Origin: Macrostomum lignano
Taxonomy: Eukaryota
Direction of reading: 5' to 3'
Length of the DNA: 64,000 nt
Assembly (NCBI GenBank): GCA_002269645.1
Contig: NIVC01002793.1
Location: forward strand, 62,001 to 126,000
In this document: positions 21,445 through 33,919 of the stretch, in pieces
Numbering within the stretch: the stretch's first letter is position 1
Layout of the letters: each line of letters opens with the position of its first letter
Position numbers and translations under genes: made by a program
Notes under the pieces: model-generated
The model's database searches: none
The model's input: only the letters and a program-made list of their open reading frames with translations
What the model was told of the DNA's origin: nothing

Positions 21445-21616
21445 CATGCTTGGGCGCAACCTTGGGATTCACCCGGCCGCTTCTATTGGCAACACACACA
21501 TGTAAGTCGCTATTGGCTGAGAGCAGTCATGTGACTACTATTCTGTCCAATAGCAACACACATGTGTGTGTTGCCAATAGAAACGGCCGGGTGATTCCCA
21601 AGGTTGCGCATGTATG
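21445..21616. mobile_element. 172-bp MITE with TIRs of about 60 bp and an 8-bp TSD (P/hAT-type)
   Basis: TGAATAAC at 21437-21444 and 21617-21624. The arms GCGCAACCTTGGGATTCACCCGGCCG and CGGCCGGGTGATTCCCAAGGTTGCGCATGTATG are near-perfect inverted copies. Confidence 0.88.
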
Positions 21617-22185
21617 TGAATAACCACAGTCATCCCTAATCCATTTATTACACTTTGCATATATAACATAGCTACTGGCTAAGTCATGAGTTTTTTACTT
21701 CCTAATATACTAAAAATGGTCTTTATAAACTGAAAATATATGCAAAGAAGTCAATAAGTAATTTTTTAAAAGCTATAATCACAAAAATCATATATTTGCA
21801 ATTGTTATAAGTAGCCTATTTTAATTGTAATAGGGTTTCTTAGAAAGTTTCAATCCAAACTTGCGCACGAAAAATGTGTTGTTTTACTTTTCAAAATATT
21901 CTCAAATAATAGTCTTTTGTTAAAATACACTTGTTTCAGTTAGTATAAATAGGAGCAAAGTTTAGGGAAAAAGATTCAACTTGCTCTCACAAATTAAATT
22001 GTTTACAGCTTGTTCAATACTTATTCTCAGCTCATTGCTTAAAGAAGTATTAAGAGTTGGGAATCAGGGATTCATGCAAAGAGAGTACTAAAAGTAATCG
22101 CTATGACCCTCTAACCTTGGTAACACCCAGACTGGAGAGAGAAAGTATATATACCACTACCAGTAAGACGGCTCAGGCCATATTC

Positions 22186-22370
22186 TAAGAATGCTACCAG
22201 ATCACATACTAAGAACGCTACTAGATCATATACTAAGAATGCTAACAGACCATATACTAAGAACGCTACCAGACCATATACTAAAAACACTACCAGACCA
22301 TGTACTAAGAACGCTACCAGACCATATACTAAAAACGCTACCAGACCATGTACTAAGAACGCTACCCAGA
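22186..22370. repeat. 24-bp tandem repeat (TACCAGACCATATACTAAGAACGC), about 7 copies; a related degenerate copy lies at about 20625-20760
   Basis: Direct reading; the 8-aa periodicity of track ORF 22191..22379 reflects the unit. Confidence 0.85.
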
Positions 22371-25300
22371 ACTATATGAGATTCTAAGAAACAGTTAAAA
22401 ACATTAAGGCAAGATTAAGTGTCAGCAGTAGAAATTTAAAAGAGGGAAATCAAAAGCCTATTACAACTTAACAACTTTGGTTGGATTTAAAGAGAGCCAG
22501 AAAATGCCTGTGACAACTTGGTGGCTTAACTGGGATTGAAATATATAGAGTAAGAAGAAATACATCTGTCACAGCTGGTGGCAATTAGTAGGATAGTTGG
22601 AGGACAGAAGTAAGCCCTACAACAATCTTTTTGCTAAAATGTATATCTTATCTATCTAAATATACTTAAATTTTAAACTAAAAATCCACTTTTACTAAAG
22701 TATCTTTTGCTGAAAATTCCTTTGCCAAAATGGACTGCACCTATACTAACACTAAATAGCCATTTATACAAATTTTATTCAATAAAAATATCTTGATAAG
22801 GGCATAAGACCAAGGCCTAAGCCCCCCGACTCTAGAAGGTTACATGTATACTAGATAATTCTGGTATAAAAATGACCCCCTTCAAATTTTGTGTATAAAT
22901 TTTGGCATAAAAATTCATGCCAATTATTTCAACATACAAATTCATGCAGTTTTTTGGCATACAAATTTTAATGAGCAAACTAATGCTAGGAAAGAAAAAT
23001 TTAATGTAAATAAATATGTTTATGCAAAAAGGGAAATTTATATATTCCAGAAAGACACTCATAAACTTTTTGCTTTTTTAACAGTTGGGCCTAATATAAA
23101 ACAAAACTAATAAAAATTATTGCTAAAAACTTAAGTTAGGCATCATTTTTTATAGGTATGATTTAATTTTGTTCAAAATGAAAATATTTATAGTATTTTA
23201 AAAGGTGCATGGACATTTCATCTGCTGCCTTTTTTGTTTGCCAGCCAAAAAAAGATTTTTAAAAAGAAAATGAGAATTTAGATACTTTAGCTTATAAAGC
23301 TAACTTTTCATGAGATATTACAAGTCATTCAAAAGGAGTTATAATTAGATGTCATTATTTGTAAATGTAATTTTGTTTAATACAATATTTTAAAGAAATA
23401 TTATATAAAATTTAAATATCCATTAAGAAAAGAAGAGTTATAAGCTGCAGTTGAATTTGCCAGATTTTATGAGCATTGTTATTAGCCCTATCCAATGATG
23501 ATAATGCATTTGCTTTTTCTATTTCAAAATTTATTCATTTTAAACAAAAAATTAATATATATGCATAGACAACATTAATATAACCTATATTATAGGTCAA
23601 AATTTTGGTCACTTGGGAAAAATCTATATTTTTAGATATGTGTTGTGTATGCTTGTGCTTCTAATGTAATGAGTTCATTATCTTTACTATAATATAAACT
23701 TTTTAAGATATACAGATATCACCTGTATAACTTTCGCCGACACATCCTCAGACAGGTCCTCCGACACTTTTTGCGACAAAAAAGTGTCGCAAAAAAGTGT
23801 CGCAAAAAAGTGTTGGAAAATCTGTCTGAAAATGTGTCGGCGAAAGTTATACAGGTATAATGTAAGTTAACATTCACTGACACATTTTCCGACACCTAAA
23901 TTAATGCTGCAGTGTCTGATGCTTTACTTCTGCCAACACATCTTCCAACACTTAAAATGTCACTTCTTAGAGCGAGGTCATGTACATGTAGCTTGTACTA
24001 TTCATGTTAGCTTCATGTAGGTTTGTTAAGGTACTGCAAAAGACTGCAGTGTTGCACATCATTTAGTTGCATTAATTGATATACATGTACATGTAATAGT
24101 TGGCATTTTCTGATTACAAACAGTATGTATTGTAAATGAGGGCATGATATTTTCAGTGTTAAATTTATTTGCAGTCTAATTAATAAAATGCTATAAATTA
24201 CTAGGTACATGACAGATTCATTCAAATTAATCTTTAGTTGATCAGATAAATACAGTATATCAAACCATTAAATGTAAGTTTGTGATTTGAGAAACAGTTC
24301 TTGCTCTTTCAAGGGATCTTTTAAGATTCATGCATGTAAGAAGACTATACTACTACATATGTACATGTACATAATATATAGCAACAGATCACAAAAGTCT
24401 CCTATAGCAAAATATAATTGCAACTTTTTTGTTATGAAGCTTGCAACCCCAGTTGTGTTCTGCATATACATGATAGTTGTTCACATACATGATAGTATAA
24501 TAGAGGTGCATGATGTAACCCTATAACACCAATAAGGACCATTGCAGCATATATTACCCATGAATAGCTGTGTTTAAACATGTATATTTATATACATGTG
24601 TATCTAAATCAACGCAATTAAATTTTAAGTCAAGTCAAAACTCACTTTATATAGCTCCCAGCTCTTTTTGTATTGTATAACAAAATTTTGTGAATCTAAG
24701 CAAAAATACATGGGGGCAAAAATACAGGGGGATTTGGGGTCCCGAGTCCCGGGACTTAATTTTCATTATTATATTTATATTTTTACAAAAAAATTTTTTA
24801 TATGAACCATAATTAGGCCCACAAAAGTAGTTTATTATACTGCGCTAATGTCTGTTAATTGCCTCACGCTGCATGGCGCCTTTTTAAATGGACCACATTG
24901 CAGATTTTAATGTGAAATTTATTCCAATGTAAATGCAAATTTTGATAATATTATTTTCTTCTTTGTACTACTAATTACTACTTTTTAAACTAAATACATT
25001 CACATACAAACAAATTAAAACCCCAGCCACGGCCCTAGAAGTTTTCTTTCAAACCTCCCCAACCTCAATCTGTTTAAAAAACAAACTTATGGATGGAAGA
25101 GCCTGCAGTTTACGAATTTTTAAGGCAGAGATAGAGTTTGCTGTTAAATATGAGCCTGATCTTATGAACTATGAACTTAAACTATAGATAGAGATTTTAT
25201 CATTTTAGTAAGGGCAAGTCCAGGGTCCCTACTCTATTCCCAGGGGCCTACTCCTTACTGACTGTCCTTTGACTTACAATCATGCAAAAGACAAAGTGGA

Positions 25301-25769
25301 AAAAGTTGTTTGCAAATTTATAGGCTTATCTGGTTCAGGAAATTACAGAGACTAAAAAGCTAATGAAGAATTATTAAAGAAGGGAAAATATATTTTTATT
25401 AAGCCTAGAAAAGAACTTATGTAAGGGCATGAATATATGAATATATCTAGGCCTAGTTTTTGTTGGAGAAAAGTTTCAATGAATTTTTTTAGGATTAGGC
25501 CTAGGAATAGGTATATATTTTTTTATTTGTCTAATGACTAGGCAAATAGCCTTTTTGCTAGGCCTAGACTATTTGTCTAGGCCCTCCTAGTTAAATTGCT
25601 AACACAAGTGACAAGTATCTATTTTTTTAGTGATGAATATATTCTAGATTCTTAAGACCTTTCTTATATCCTGATTAATGTTTCGTTATATACTAATCAC
25701 TAATGCAAGCAAAGCAGGTATTTGTAATGTGTAATACAATTTGGCATAGGCCTAATTTGATATATAAGA

Positions 25770-26481
25770 GATATAGAGTCTGGCCTTTGGCTGTAGCTCA
25801 GGCGTTGCATCAGCATCAACTCATGATTGTCAACATTTGATGTTGACATACAGGTACCACTTTTCATTGCTTATAATTATGGACTTCAGCCAGTTGTGTA
25901 TGCACCTATAGGAGAGGAGAGAAGTGGCCACCTTAGCCCTGCACTCCTTGTCTCGATCTGACAATTTGTGGGATATCCATTGTGCTAGCTTGTACACCTT
26001 GCCCAGCTGATGCAAATGACTGATAACCATTTTATGGTCTACATCAAAGACTTGCACTAGCTCAAGCATGGTTTGCCGTGGGTCAGCCTTTACAAGTGTG
26101 TGTAGCCAGTCGTCATTAACCTGAGAGGGACGACCTGACAGGGCATATCTTTGAGGTTAAAATTTCCCTAGCAAAACCATGCAAACTAGTCCTGGGCAAT
26201 GCGTTCAGACATAATACCTGCACCAAATGTAGCGTTGATGCGGCGGCTGGATTCTGCGGCTGACAGTCCAGATTCGAAGTTGTAGAGCAGGAGACTATGA
26301 ATATAGGCTCGAGAGAGATCCATAATGTTGGTGACTAGTGAGTAATCACTGGTTTAAATAGTATATTAGAATCATACATACCTACCTTCAATATATACCC
26401 ATATAGCCAGGATCTGGAATGTTGCAGAAAGTTCTTAGACGGAAAGTTTTAGAAACTGCGAGAACTTTTTTGCCAACCAAA
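25770..26481 (-). pseudogene. Decayed, 3'-truncated mariner transposon
   Basis: TIR-like TTTGGTTGGCAAAAAAGTT at the 26481 end. Translation shows LLYNFESG..SGRPS..LGKVYKLAQWISHKL..SNEKW with several stops. Confidence 0.85.
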
Positions 26482-27069
26482 TATATCTTTAGCTTTAGTA
26501 TATCTTTGCATAATATAAAAGTATATTATATCATGCAAAGCAAATAAAATAATGTCTTTATACTTTAATGAATGTTTGTTTTTTTATTACTTAAAATTAA
26601 AACTTTGACAAAATCTGTTATCTTCTTTATAGGCTAGTAGGTTAGCTTAGTTATCACTACATAGAAGCAATTTTTTTATTTAGTCAAGATGCTAAATTAT
26701 TTAATCATAAGTTTATAGAAATAATGAAATTAGAACAAATTTTTAAGGTTTAATAAATGTTTAAATAAGTTTCTTTGGAATCTTTTGCCATAATAATAGG
26801 ATTGCAATATACTTGTAAAATAGGTTTTTATTTAAATATAGTTACCAATTAATAATCAAAATGCTAATTTTTTTACTAGTAAAAATATATTATTTATACT
26901 TAAAATCTATGTATTCATCAAAATGAAGCACTTTGACCTAATTTCCTTTTAAGAACAATAGACAGAAGTTTTTTTGATACTATAGCCATAGGCATTGGTA
27001 TGACCTATGCAAGATTACGGTAGAGAAGCACTCTTAACAGATAATAGTAAGACAAAACTCAATATTACT

Positions 27070-27107
27070 TGCGACGCGTTTCGGCCAAAACTAGCCATCC
27101 TCAGGCA
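27070..27107 (-). ncRNA. Minimal type I hammerhead ribozyme motif
   Basis: Minus strand UGC-CUGAGGA-U-GGCU[AGUUUU]GGCC-GAAAC-GC-GUC-GCA, with core, stem II, palindromic stem III, GUC site and 3-bp stem I. Confidence 0.7.
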
Positions 27108-27224
27108 CTATCGAACAGAATTACAGATCTGTACATTGATCCTTTAGTCCTTTTATATCTTTTCAATACCTGATTTTGTCGTCTACACAGTATTTAATAG
27201 GTTGAAATAAATTCTGTTCGATAG

Positions 27225-27262
27225 TGCCTGAAGATGGCTAGTTCCAGCCGAAACGCGTCGCA
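27225..27262 (+). ncRNA. Minimal type I hammerhead ribozyme motif
   Basis: UGC-CUGAAGA-U-GGCU[AGUUCC]AGCC-GAAAC-GC-GUC-GCA; predicted cleavage after C27259. Confidence 0.75.
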
Positions 27263-27847
27263 AACAATATTGAGTTTTGTCTTACTATGCAAGATTAGGT
27301 CTAGAATTATTTTATATAGTATATAGCTATCAATTTGCCTTTTTGGCTTTGCTTTATAGGTAATAATTTAAGGTCTTATTAATAGTGTATAAAATATATT
27401 AAAATTTGTTGAAAAATTGCAATAAATTCCCAAAAGTTATTGCAACTAAGAATGCTTTTTTGTATATACTTATATGCCCAATACCCAGCCAGCCAGGTGG
27501 CAAGAGGTGTTGCCAAGTTAAGTGCAAAAATTTCAACTTAAAAATTGGACAAAGAGGAAGGGGATCTTAGCACGAGGGTGCTGCTTTTCTGATGCATTAT
27601 GAAGTTGACCTACTTTTTCATGGAGCTGAACATCATTATACTGCTGAATTGCTAGAAAAGCTGCAACATGTAAGTATAATTAAGTATGAATTCTATGAAT
27701 AGTCTTTAGCTTTGGTCTTTCAAATAACATTACTGTTCTTTTCTGCTAAGGCTGCGTAACGGGAGCAGATGCAATAATATTCCTTGCGAATAACAAAGCC
27801 ATTTTTTAACATTATGATGTACCTTTGGGAATGTCTTAAGTCTAGTA

Positions 27848-29652
27848 CATACATGCGCAACTGCTGGCCAACCTGGCCAATCCGGCCACCGTAAATCGTG
27901 GCTGACCAGGGGTAAGTCGCAAAATTGAGTCAACCAAAAACAGAAAAACACAAGAACCAAGAAAGGCAAGAGGAAAGCGAAAGAAAGAGCAGTTCAGGGA
28001 AAATGGTGAAGCAAAAGAAAAACAATTCGCAAAAGAAGCAAACTAAGTTGTAAAAATAATCAGGTAAGTTGCAAAAAGGATTAGGTAAGTCACAAAAAGG
28101 ATTAGGTAAGTCGCAAAAAGGATCAGCTAAGTCGCAATAAGAGGGAAGTAAGTCACAATCAGAGGCAATCAGGGGGTAGTAGGTGCAAGTGTGGCAGGAG
28201 AGCAAAAACAGAATAGAAGCCTTCAACAACAGACAAGATCTTTGAAATCAGAAGCCCGCGTCAACAGTTTCCCATTGATTTCTTAAACTCTGGAGCAGGG
28301 GTTGGCAAACTCCGGCTCGCGAAGCCCCTCTATCTGGCCCTCGCCCCTCGGGTTCTTTGAAACTTCCTAACTACAAGTAGCAAGGTTGGTGTCTCTTCAA
28401 CTCTCATCTCTCTCTTCTTCCCTACCTTGCCTCCCCTCTTCTCTCTCTCCCCCTTTTCCCTCTTCTCTCTCCTCTCATTTTTACTCTCCTCTCTTCTCGC
28501 CCTTTCTCTCTACCCTTTCTCCTCAATGCCCTCTTCTCTCCTCTTATTTTCAGCAAAAATATGTGCATATTTTCTTACTTCAAAGTAGAGGGAATAGAAG
28601 ATTAGAGATAAGCAAACAGAGGAGAGGCGAGCGATGCGATGGGAGAAAAGATAGAAGAGGAGAGAAAAGCTAAGGGAGGAAAAAGATATGAGAGAGAAGA
28701 GGAGATGAGAGGAAAGAGGAAAGAAAAGATGATGGATGAGATCAGAAGAGAGGAAAGAGGAAAGAGGAGAGAGTAGATGAGAGAAGAGAGGATAAAGAGA
28801 TGAGAGGAGAGTGAAGAGAGGAGAGATGAGAGAGTAGAAAAGAGAGGAGAGATAAGATGAGAGAGTAGAGTGGAGAGAGAGGAGAGGGAAGATAAGATGA
28901 GAGAGTAGAGTGGAATGGAGAGAGACGAGAGGAGAGATAAGAATGTAGAGAGGAGACAGAAGAGATAGGAGAGAAGAGGAAAGAGAGGAGAGAGGAGAGG
29001 AAAGAAAGAAGGGATAAGGGATGAGAGAGAAAAGAAAAAGAGGATAAGAAGATTGAGGAATGGAGAGAATTTGCAAAGGCCTCAAATCTTAGTTTAACAT
29101 GCATTACTCCCATCTTTGCCTTTTTCCTAACTGTTAACAAGTTTTTGTTTGAGCATGACTTCAAATTTAGAATCTATGCAAAAATAGTTCCAGGAATTAG
29201 AATTCAGTGGTTTAAAAATCTGTGGGTTTTCACAGCTTGTATCTCTACTGGATTCGTATTCTGCATCTGATGAGCCATCTGAATCAGGGCTCTCATCTTC
29301 CATGCCAAATTGTCTAGCAAATCGTTCTTGAGCTATAGGTCGCACTGTATTCACTTCACTTACTTCTGGACATTCATGAATCATGACTTTTGTAGTATGC
29401 TCACTATACTGTTCTGACAATTTACTAATTGCTTCATGCCGCCACTAGATGACATACTGATTAGCTGTTATAAAAACGCGAAATCTGCACGCAGCACTAA
29501 TTAGCTGGCGAGGCATTTAGCTTTAAAATATGGTTATAGTTACTCCTGCCGTTTACCTAAAGTTTTTGCTTGGCTTTTTTATAGGTAAGTCGCAATTTTT
29601 ATCGAAAACTAAGTCGCACGGCCAGCGTAATTTCAGAAGTTGCGCATGTATG
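27848..29652. mobile_element. 1.8-kb non-autonomous DNA transposon with 15-bp perfect TIRs and an 8-bp TSD (P/hAT-type), in a Ulp1-PHD intron
   Basis: CATACATGCGCAACT at 27848 and AGTTGCGCATGTATG ending at 29652. GTCTAGTA at 27840-27847 and 29653-29660. Confidence 0.9.
28405..29065. repeat. CT-rich followed by GA-rich low-complexity tract
   Basis: Direct reading. Confidence 0.85.
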
Positions 29653-32626
29653 GTCTAGTATGTTGGTACTGAGTAGCCTAGTTATATAACCAATTGCATT
29701 TCTGCTATATTTTAGGCGAAGAAAGCGATTATTGGTACAATTTATCAAAATGACCATTTTATGCTACTATTTGTTGACCTGCAACAGCACTATGTAGTAG
29801 TTGTAGATCTGGTGATGTCATCTCAGCAACTTGACCTTACATTCTGTTGTAACTTTAAGTAAGTAGGCTGCTTGAGCCACCTGATGTGTTTTAATAGTGA
29901 GCCTATACAATTATGTATTCCTCCTTTCTCCTTGACGTGCTGCAGTACCCGACCCAAAGTTATTGCCTTGTAAAAAGTGGTAATTGTGCCAATTTTGCCA
30001 AAACTGTGCCCTTTGGTGCAGTTATAAATGTATTTGACTGTCTTTTTGGCACACTTGGCACAATTATCCATTTTAACTTAGTTGCCATTGAAATCCATGA
30101 AAATTCTTAATACCTAAACACAGCAACTATAATAACGCATTAAAAGGTACTTTTATACATGAAATTTAACTGCTTCAAATGGCAAATTTATTCATTAGGT
30201 GCGATGAATGAATCATTCCTTTGGTTTACAAGCACCGCAGAAAGTGACGACCACCAATTTAGAGAAAAGACTTTCAACACGCTTTGACAATTATTTTGCT
30301 CTTTGTTTACAATGGTTTTGTTCTGTCTGGAAGATTACTCCTTTTTTATAAACTATGTAGCTGATCAGACGCTAAACTATTGTTTGCATGTTAAGTATTG
30401 CATATAATTGTTTTATTATACTAATTTCCTTTCATTATACCCTCAGCTCTATTTGACACTGCTTTGGCTAGCACGAGATGCATACTAGTACTATAAAGCA
30501 TTCTATTCAGCAGGACAGTAATAGCTGCGGAATATTAGTGTGCATGTTTGCTGAGTTGCTGCTGTCAAACAGGTCACTTAATGTAAACTCTGCCCCAAGA
30601 GTAATGTCACAGACTCATTTGAAGATGTGACAAAATTTGCTCCTCAAGGCACCTAAAAACGAAAATTTATGTTGGAAGTGTGGTGAGGAGGAGGCGGCTT
30701 CGCATGATAGTAACCCACGATGACTAGGTAAGTAGTCAGCTTTGACTTTTTTGTTAAGGTTATAAGGCATATATATCCTTTGAACATAATATCTTGCTAG
30801 TTTAGGTTTGAAAGGTTCGAAACTTGCTAGTTTAGTTTAGGTTTGTAGCTTAAAGTTTACCATGGATAAGTAAGTAAACTCATCACAGTAACAATGAACA
30901 ATGAACAATAACAATAACTGCCAACCTACAGCTACTAACCCAAAGGTTTTTGAAACTAAGTGAAAATTAAGTGAAAATGCAAAAAAAACATAAGAAAAAG
31001 CGGCAATGTTTTAAAAAGAAATGCCGATCATTTATTATTCTAGCTTATAATATCAAATGTTGTTCATTATACTTTTAAAATTCTTACAACAATTTTTGCC
31101 CATTGAAGTAGCTATTTTAAGACATTCCAACCACTCATTTTCATTGCATATTCCTTTTCAGATAGAGTGCGAAACTTGCTCTCTCTGGTTTCACAAAGTG
31201 TGCGTCCAACAGTCCAGCACCCTGAGTTGTTTTTATTGTAGGATTCTGACTTAATTTCATTTTCTGCAACTATGCTACAATATTTAGTATTTAGTATTTA
31301 GTATTTAGTATTTAATATTCAGTATTCCAACTGTAATTTTCTACCACATAGGAACCATATATGCGCAACTTCCAAAATTCGGTTTTTTCTTTTGTCGATT
31401 TTTTTCATTCGCAGCCACATGATTTTTTTTCTTTCAAACTCTTTACCAAAGCTGTCTAAACTTTAGCCAACTTTTTGGCAAAACACACTAAATTTGATAC
31501 CAGTGCATTTCATTGCCCTTGCTTTTATGTATACATTTAAACATATTCAACTATTTTTGCTATTTACAGTGTCAAATTAACAGCACTTAATTAGCATTTA
31601 AATATGGTTGGTAATTGGTATGTTTCTCTCACTGCTATGATGGGTTTTATGACTTATATACTTTAAAGGCAGTAAATGCGGTTAAAATACTATCGTAATC
31701 TTGCTGTTGTTGGAAAGTGGCTTTATCACTCTATTTTATGGTGTGAGAATCATTTCATTTAATAAACTAGTTCAACTAATTCATACTATCTCAATGGGAA
31801 ACAATTGAAAGAGACACACAGAGGATGAATGACAAAAATGTTGGCTTTTCAGTGTTGTGCTCCTGGTGTCCAGTCTGTTTGCATAGCCAACAGTCCTCAT
31901 TTAGGATATTAGGAATTTGATCAGCAAGAGCATTGGAGCCTAGAGCACATGGGTGGCCCAACCAAGGCAAATCAGAAAAAATTTGGACTGTGCTTCAAAC
32001 TGCTCAACCTAGTTGTAAACGATCATCTCCTTTACCTCACTAGCCCCATTAAGAGTGACTAAATCGGCATGTATCATTTAAATGCCTAAACGATTGTTTA
32101 AATGCCAAGCTTCTAAGGAATTGAATTAATCACACACTGTCTTTCCTTTGATTGCACGTCGTCTGTGGTGGACAAACAAAATAATTGGTTTCCAATTTTG
32201 CTTAAAATGTGTAAAGCACTGTATTATAAATCGAAATTCTCAGTTAAAGTTTTAACAGTTTCCATGAATGTGAAGTTTAAGACTTATGCTACACCTCTCG
32301 TATTTAAATAATTACACTAAAAACAAATTTTCATTTCTTCCAGAACTTTTGGTCCTTTTTTCGCTCTTTTTAGTGGGATAATTGTTTAAATGATACTTGA
32401 TATGCATAAATTATCTTTGCTTTGCAAATTCTGCCATATGTATCCAGGGCAAATAAAGTACTCATAAATTTACAACAAAGACGATTGCATTTTTATATCA
32501 ACTTGCTTTTTTAACGGATAAAGTAGACCAGGCATGCACTGCACCTGGTAGTCAGCCAGCTTGCACAGTGCCAGTACATGTAGCTACATGTATGCACAAA
32601 GTATTTCGAAAAAGTTAGTATCTGTA

Positions 32627-33919
32627 CGAGGGGCACTATTAAAGTTCTGAGCCTGACCAAGATCTTATAGTGGCAAAGTGTTGAAACTTTAGGCTCTAAA
32701 AGCGCCACATGTTAATAGTCTATTGTCAACTTTTCAGAATTTTCTGCATTCCCTAAGTCCCACTGCACCATTTTATTTCCAGCACCCCATGGCATTTTCT
32801 CAAGAATTGAAGCTTGAGCACAGGGCAGTGATTAAATTTCTGACTCTGGAGGGCTCAAAGCCTGCTGAAATTCAAAGCCGCATGGCTAGTGTGTACGCTG
32901 ACGCTGCCCCCTCATACGCCACCATAAAGCGCTGGGCAGCCAAGTTCAAGCGTGGCCGCGACTCGCTCGAAGATAACCCCCGATGTGGACGACCCCGGAC
33001 TGCTGTCACTGCCGACAACATCCAGCGCATCCAGGCTCTGGTTGACAGTGACCAGCGGGTGAAAGTCAGGGAACTTGCGGCAGACACTGGACTCTCTGAC
33101 CCGCAAGTCATTGAGATCCTGCACCAGCATCTTCATCTGTCCAAGGTTTCTGCCAGATGGATCCCACGAATCTTGACAAGGGACCAAAAGACCGCACGGG
33201 TGCAGTACTCAAAGCTTGTCCTGGACTCCTACGATCCGGACCCTGCCAACTTTCTGTCCTGCTGCGTGACCGGGGATGAGACGTGGATCCATCACCACGA
33301 TCCCGAGTCCAAGCAGGAGTCCAAGCAGTGGCTGCCAGTTGGTTCACCTGCACCACTGAAGGCACGGACTGCATGCAGTGCGGGCAAGATTATGCTCACC
33401 GTCTTCTGGGATGCCAAGGGCCCGCTGCTGCTGGACTTTCTACCGCACAAGCAGACAGTCACAGGCGCCTACTACACTGACCTGATCGCCCGTCTGCGCG
33501 AAGCAATCAAGGAAAATAGGCGAGGGATGCTGAGCCAAGGTGTTGTGCTGCTGCACGACAATGCACCGGCCCACACTAGCAGGATTGCCAAGGCTGCTGT
33601 CAGTGTCGCAGGGTTTCGAGAGCTGCCGCACCCAGCCTATTCACCAGACCTAGCCCCGAGCGACTTCCACCTGTTTCCACATCTCAAGCGGGCGCTCCGT
33701 GGACAGCGATTTGACACTGATGATGCGCTGAAGGATGCTGCAACTGCTTGGTTTGAGGGCTGCTCGGTGCAATTCTTCCAGAGTGGCATTGAGGCGCTGC
33801 GATCAAGATGCCATAAGTGCATCTTGGTTGGGGGAGACTATGTTGAGAAAAGCTGATCTCACTTTGCCCATATCTCCTCTCTTTCATATTAAGGCTCAGA
33901 ACTTTAATAGTGCCCCTCG
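32627..33919 (+). mobile_element. Intact 1293-bp mariner transposon
   Basis: Perfect 28-bp TIRs CGAGGGGCACTATTAAAGTTCTGAGCCT, TA on both sides, and an intact transposase. Confidence 0.97.
32789..33856 (+). CDS. Mariner DD34D transposase, 355 aa
   Basis: HTH N-terminus, GRP, WIPRIL, TGDETW, HDNA and YSPDLAPSD motifs; probable start MAFSQELK at 32789. Confidence 0.96.
   Translation: MAFSQELKLEHRAVIKFLTLEGSKPAEIQSRMASVYADAAPSYATIKRWAAKFKRGRDSLEDNPRCGRPRTAVTADNIQRIQALVDSDQRVKVRELAADTGLSDPQVIEILHQHLHLSKVSARWIPRILTRDQKTARVQYSKLVLDSYDPDPANFLSCCVTGDETWIHHHDPESKQESKQWLPVGSPAPLKARTACSAGKIMLTVFWDAKGPLLLDFLPHKQTVTGAYYTDLIARLREAIKENRRGMLSQGVVLLHDNAPAHTSRIAKAAVSVAGFRELPHPAYSPDLAPSDFHLFPHLKRALRGQRFDTDDALKDAATAWFEGCSVQFFQSGIEALRSRCHKCILVGGDYVEKS

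Larger units (their letters stand above)
27018..27284. mobile_element. Penelope-like-element terminal fragment as an inverted pair (arms of about 80 bp), flanked by a 13-bp direct repeat
   Basis: CTATGCAAGATTA at 27005-27017 and 27285-27297. Arms 27044-27123 and about 27209-27288 each contain a hammerhead core. Confidence 0.7.
27480..31254 (+). pseudogene. Spliced Ulp1/C48 (SUMO-protease-like) plus PHD-finger pseudogene; exons at about 27480-27667, 29716-29858, 30447-30727 and 31162-31254
   Basis: Triad segments IYQNDHFMLLFVD..VVVVD and QQDSNSCGILVCMFAE. PHD CWKC..DD(W>TAG)IECETCSLWFHKVC..CFYC. GT-AG junctions are in phase; there are at least four premature stops and one frameshift. The 5' extent is uncertain. 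Confidence 0.78.

Noticed and set aside
28296-28320. hAT-like terminus CAGGGGTTGGCAAAC
   Set aside because: No partner TIR or TSD was found, so no element was called.
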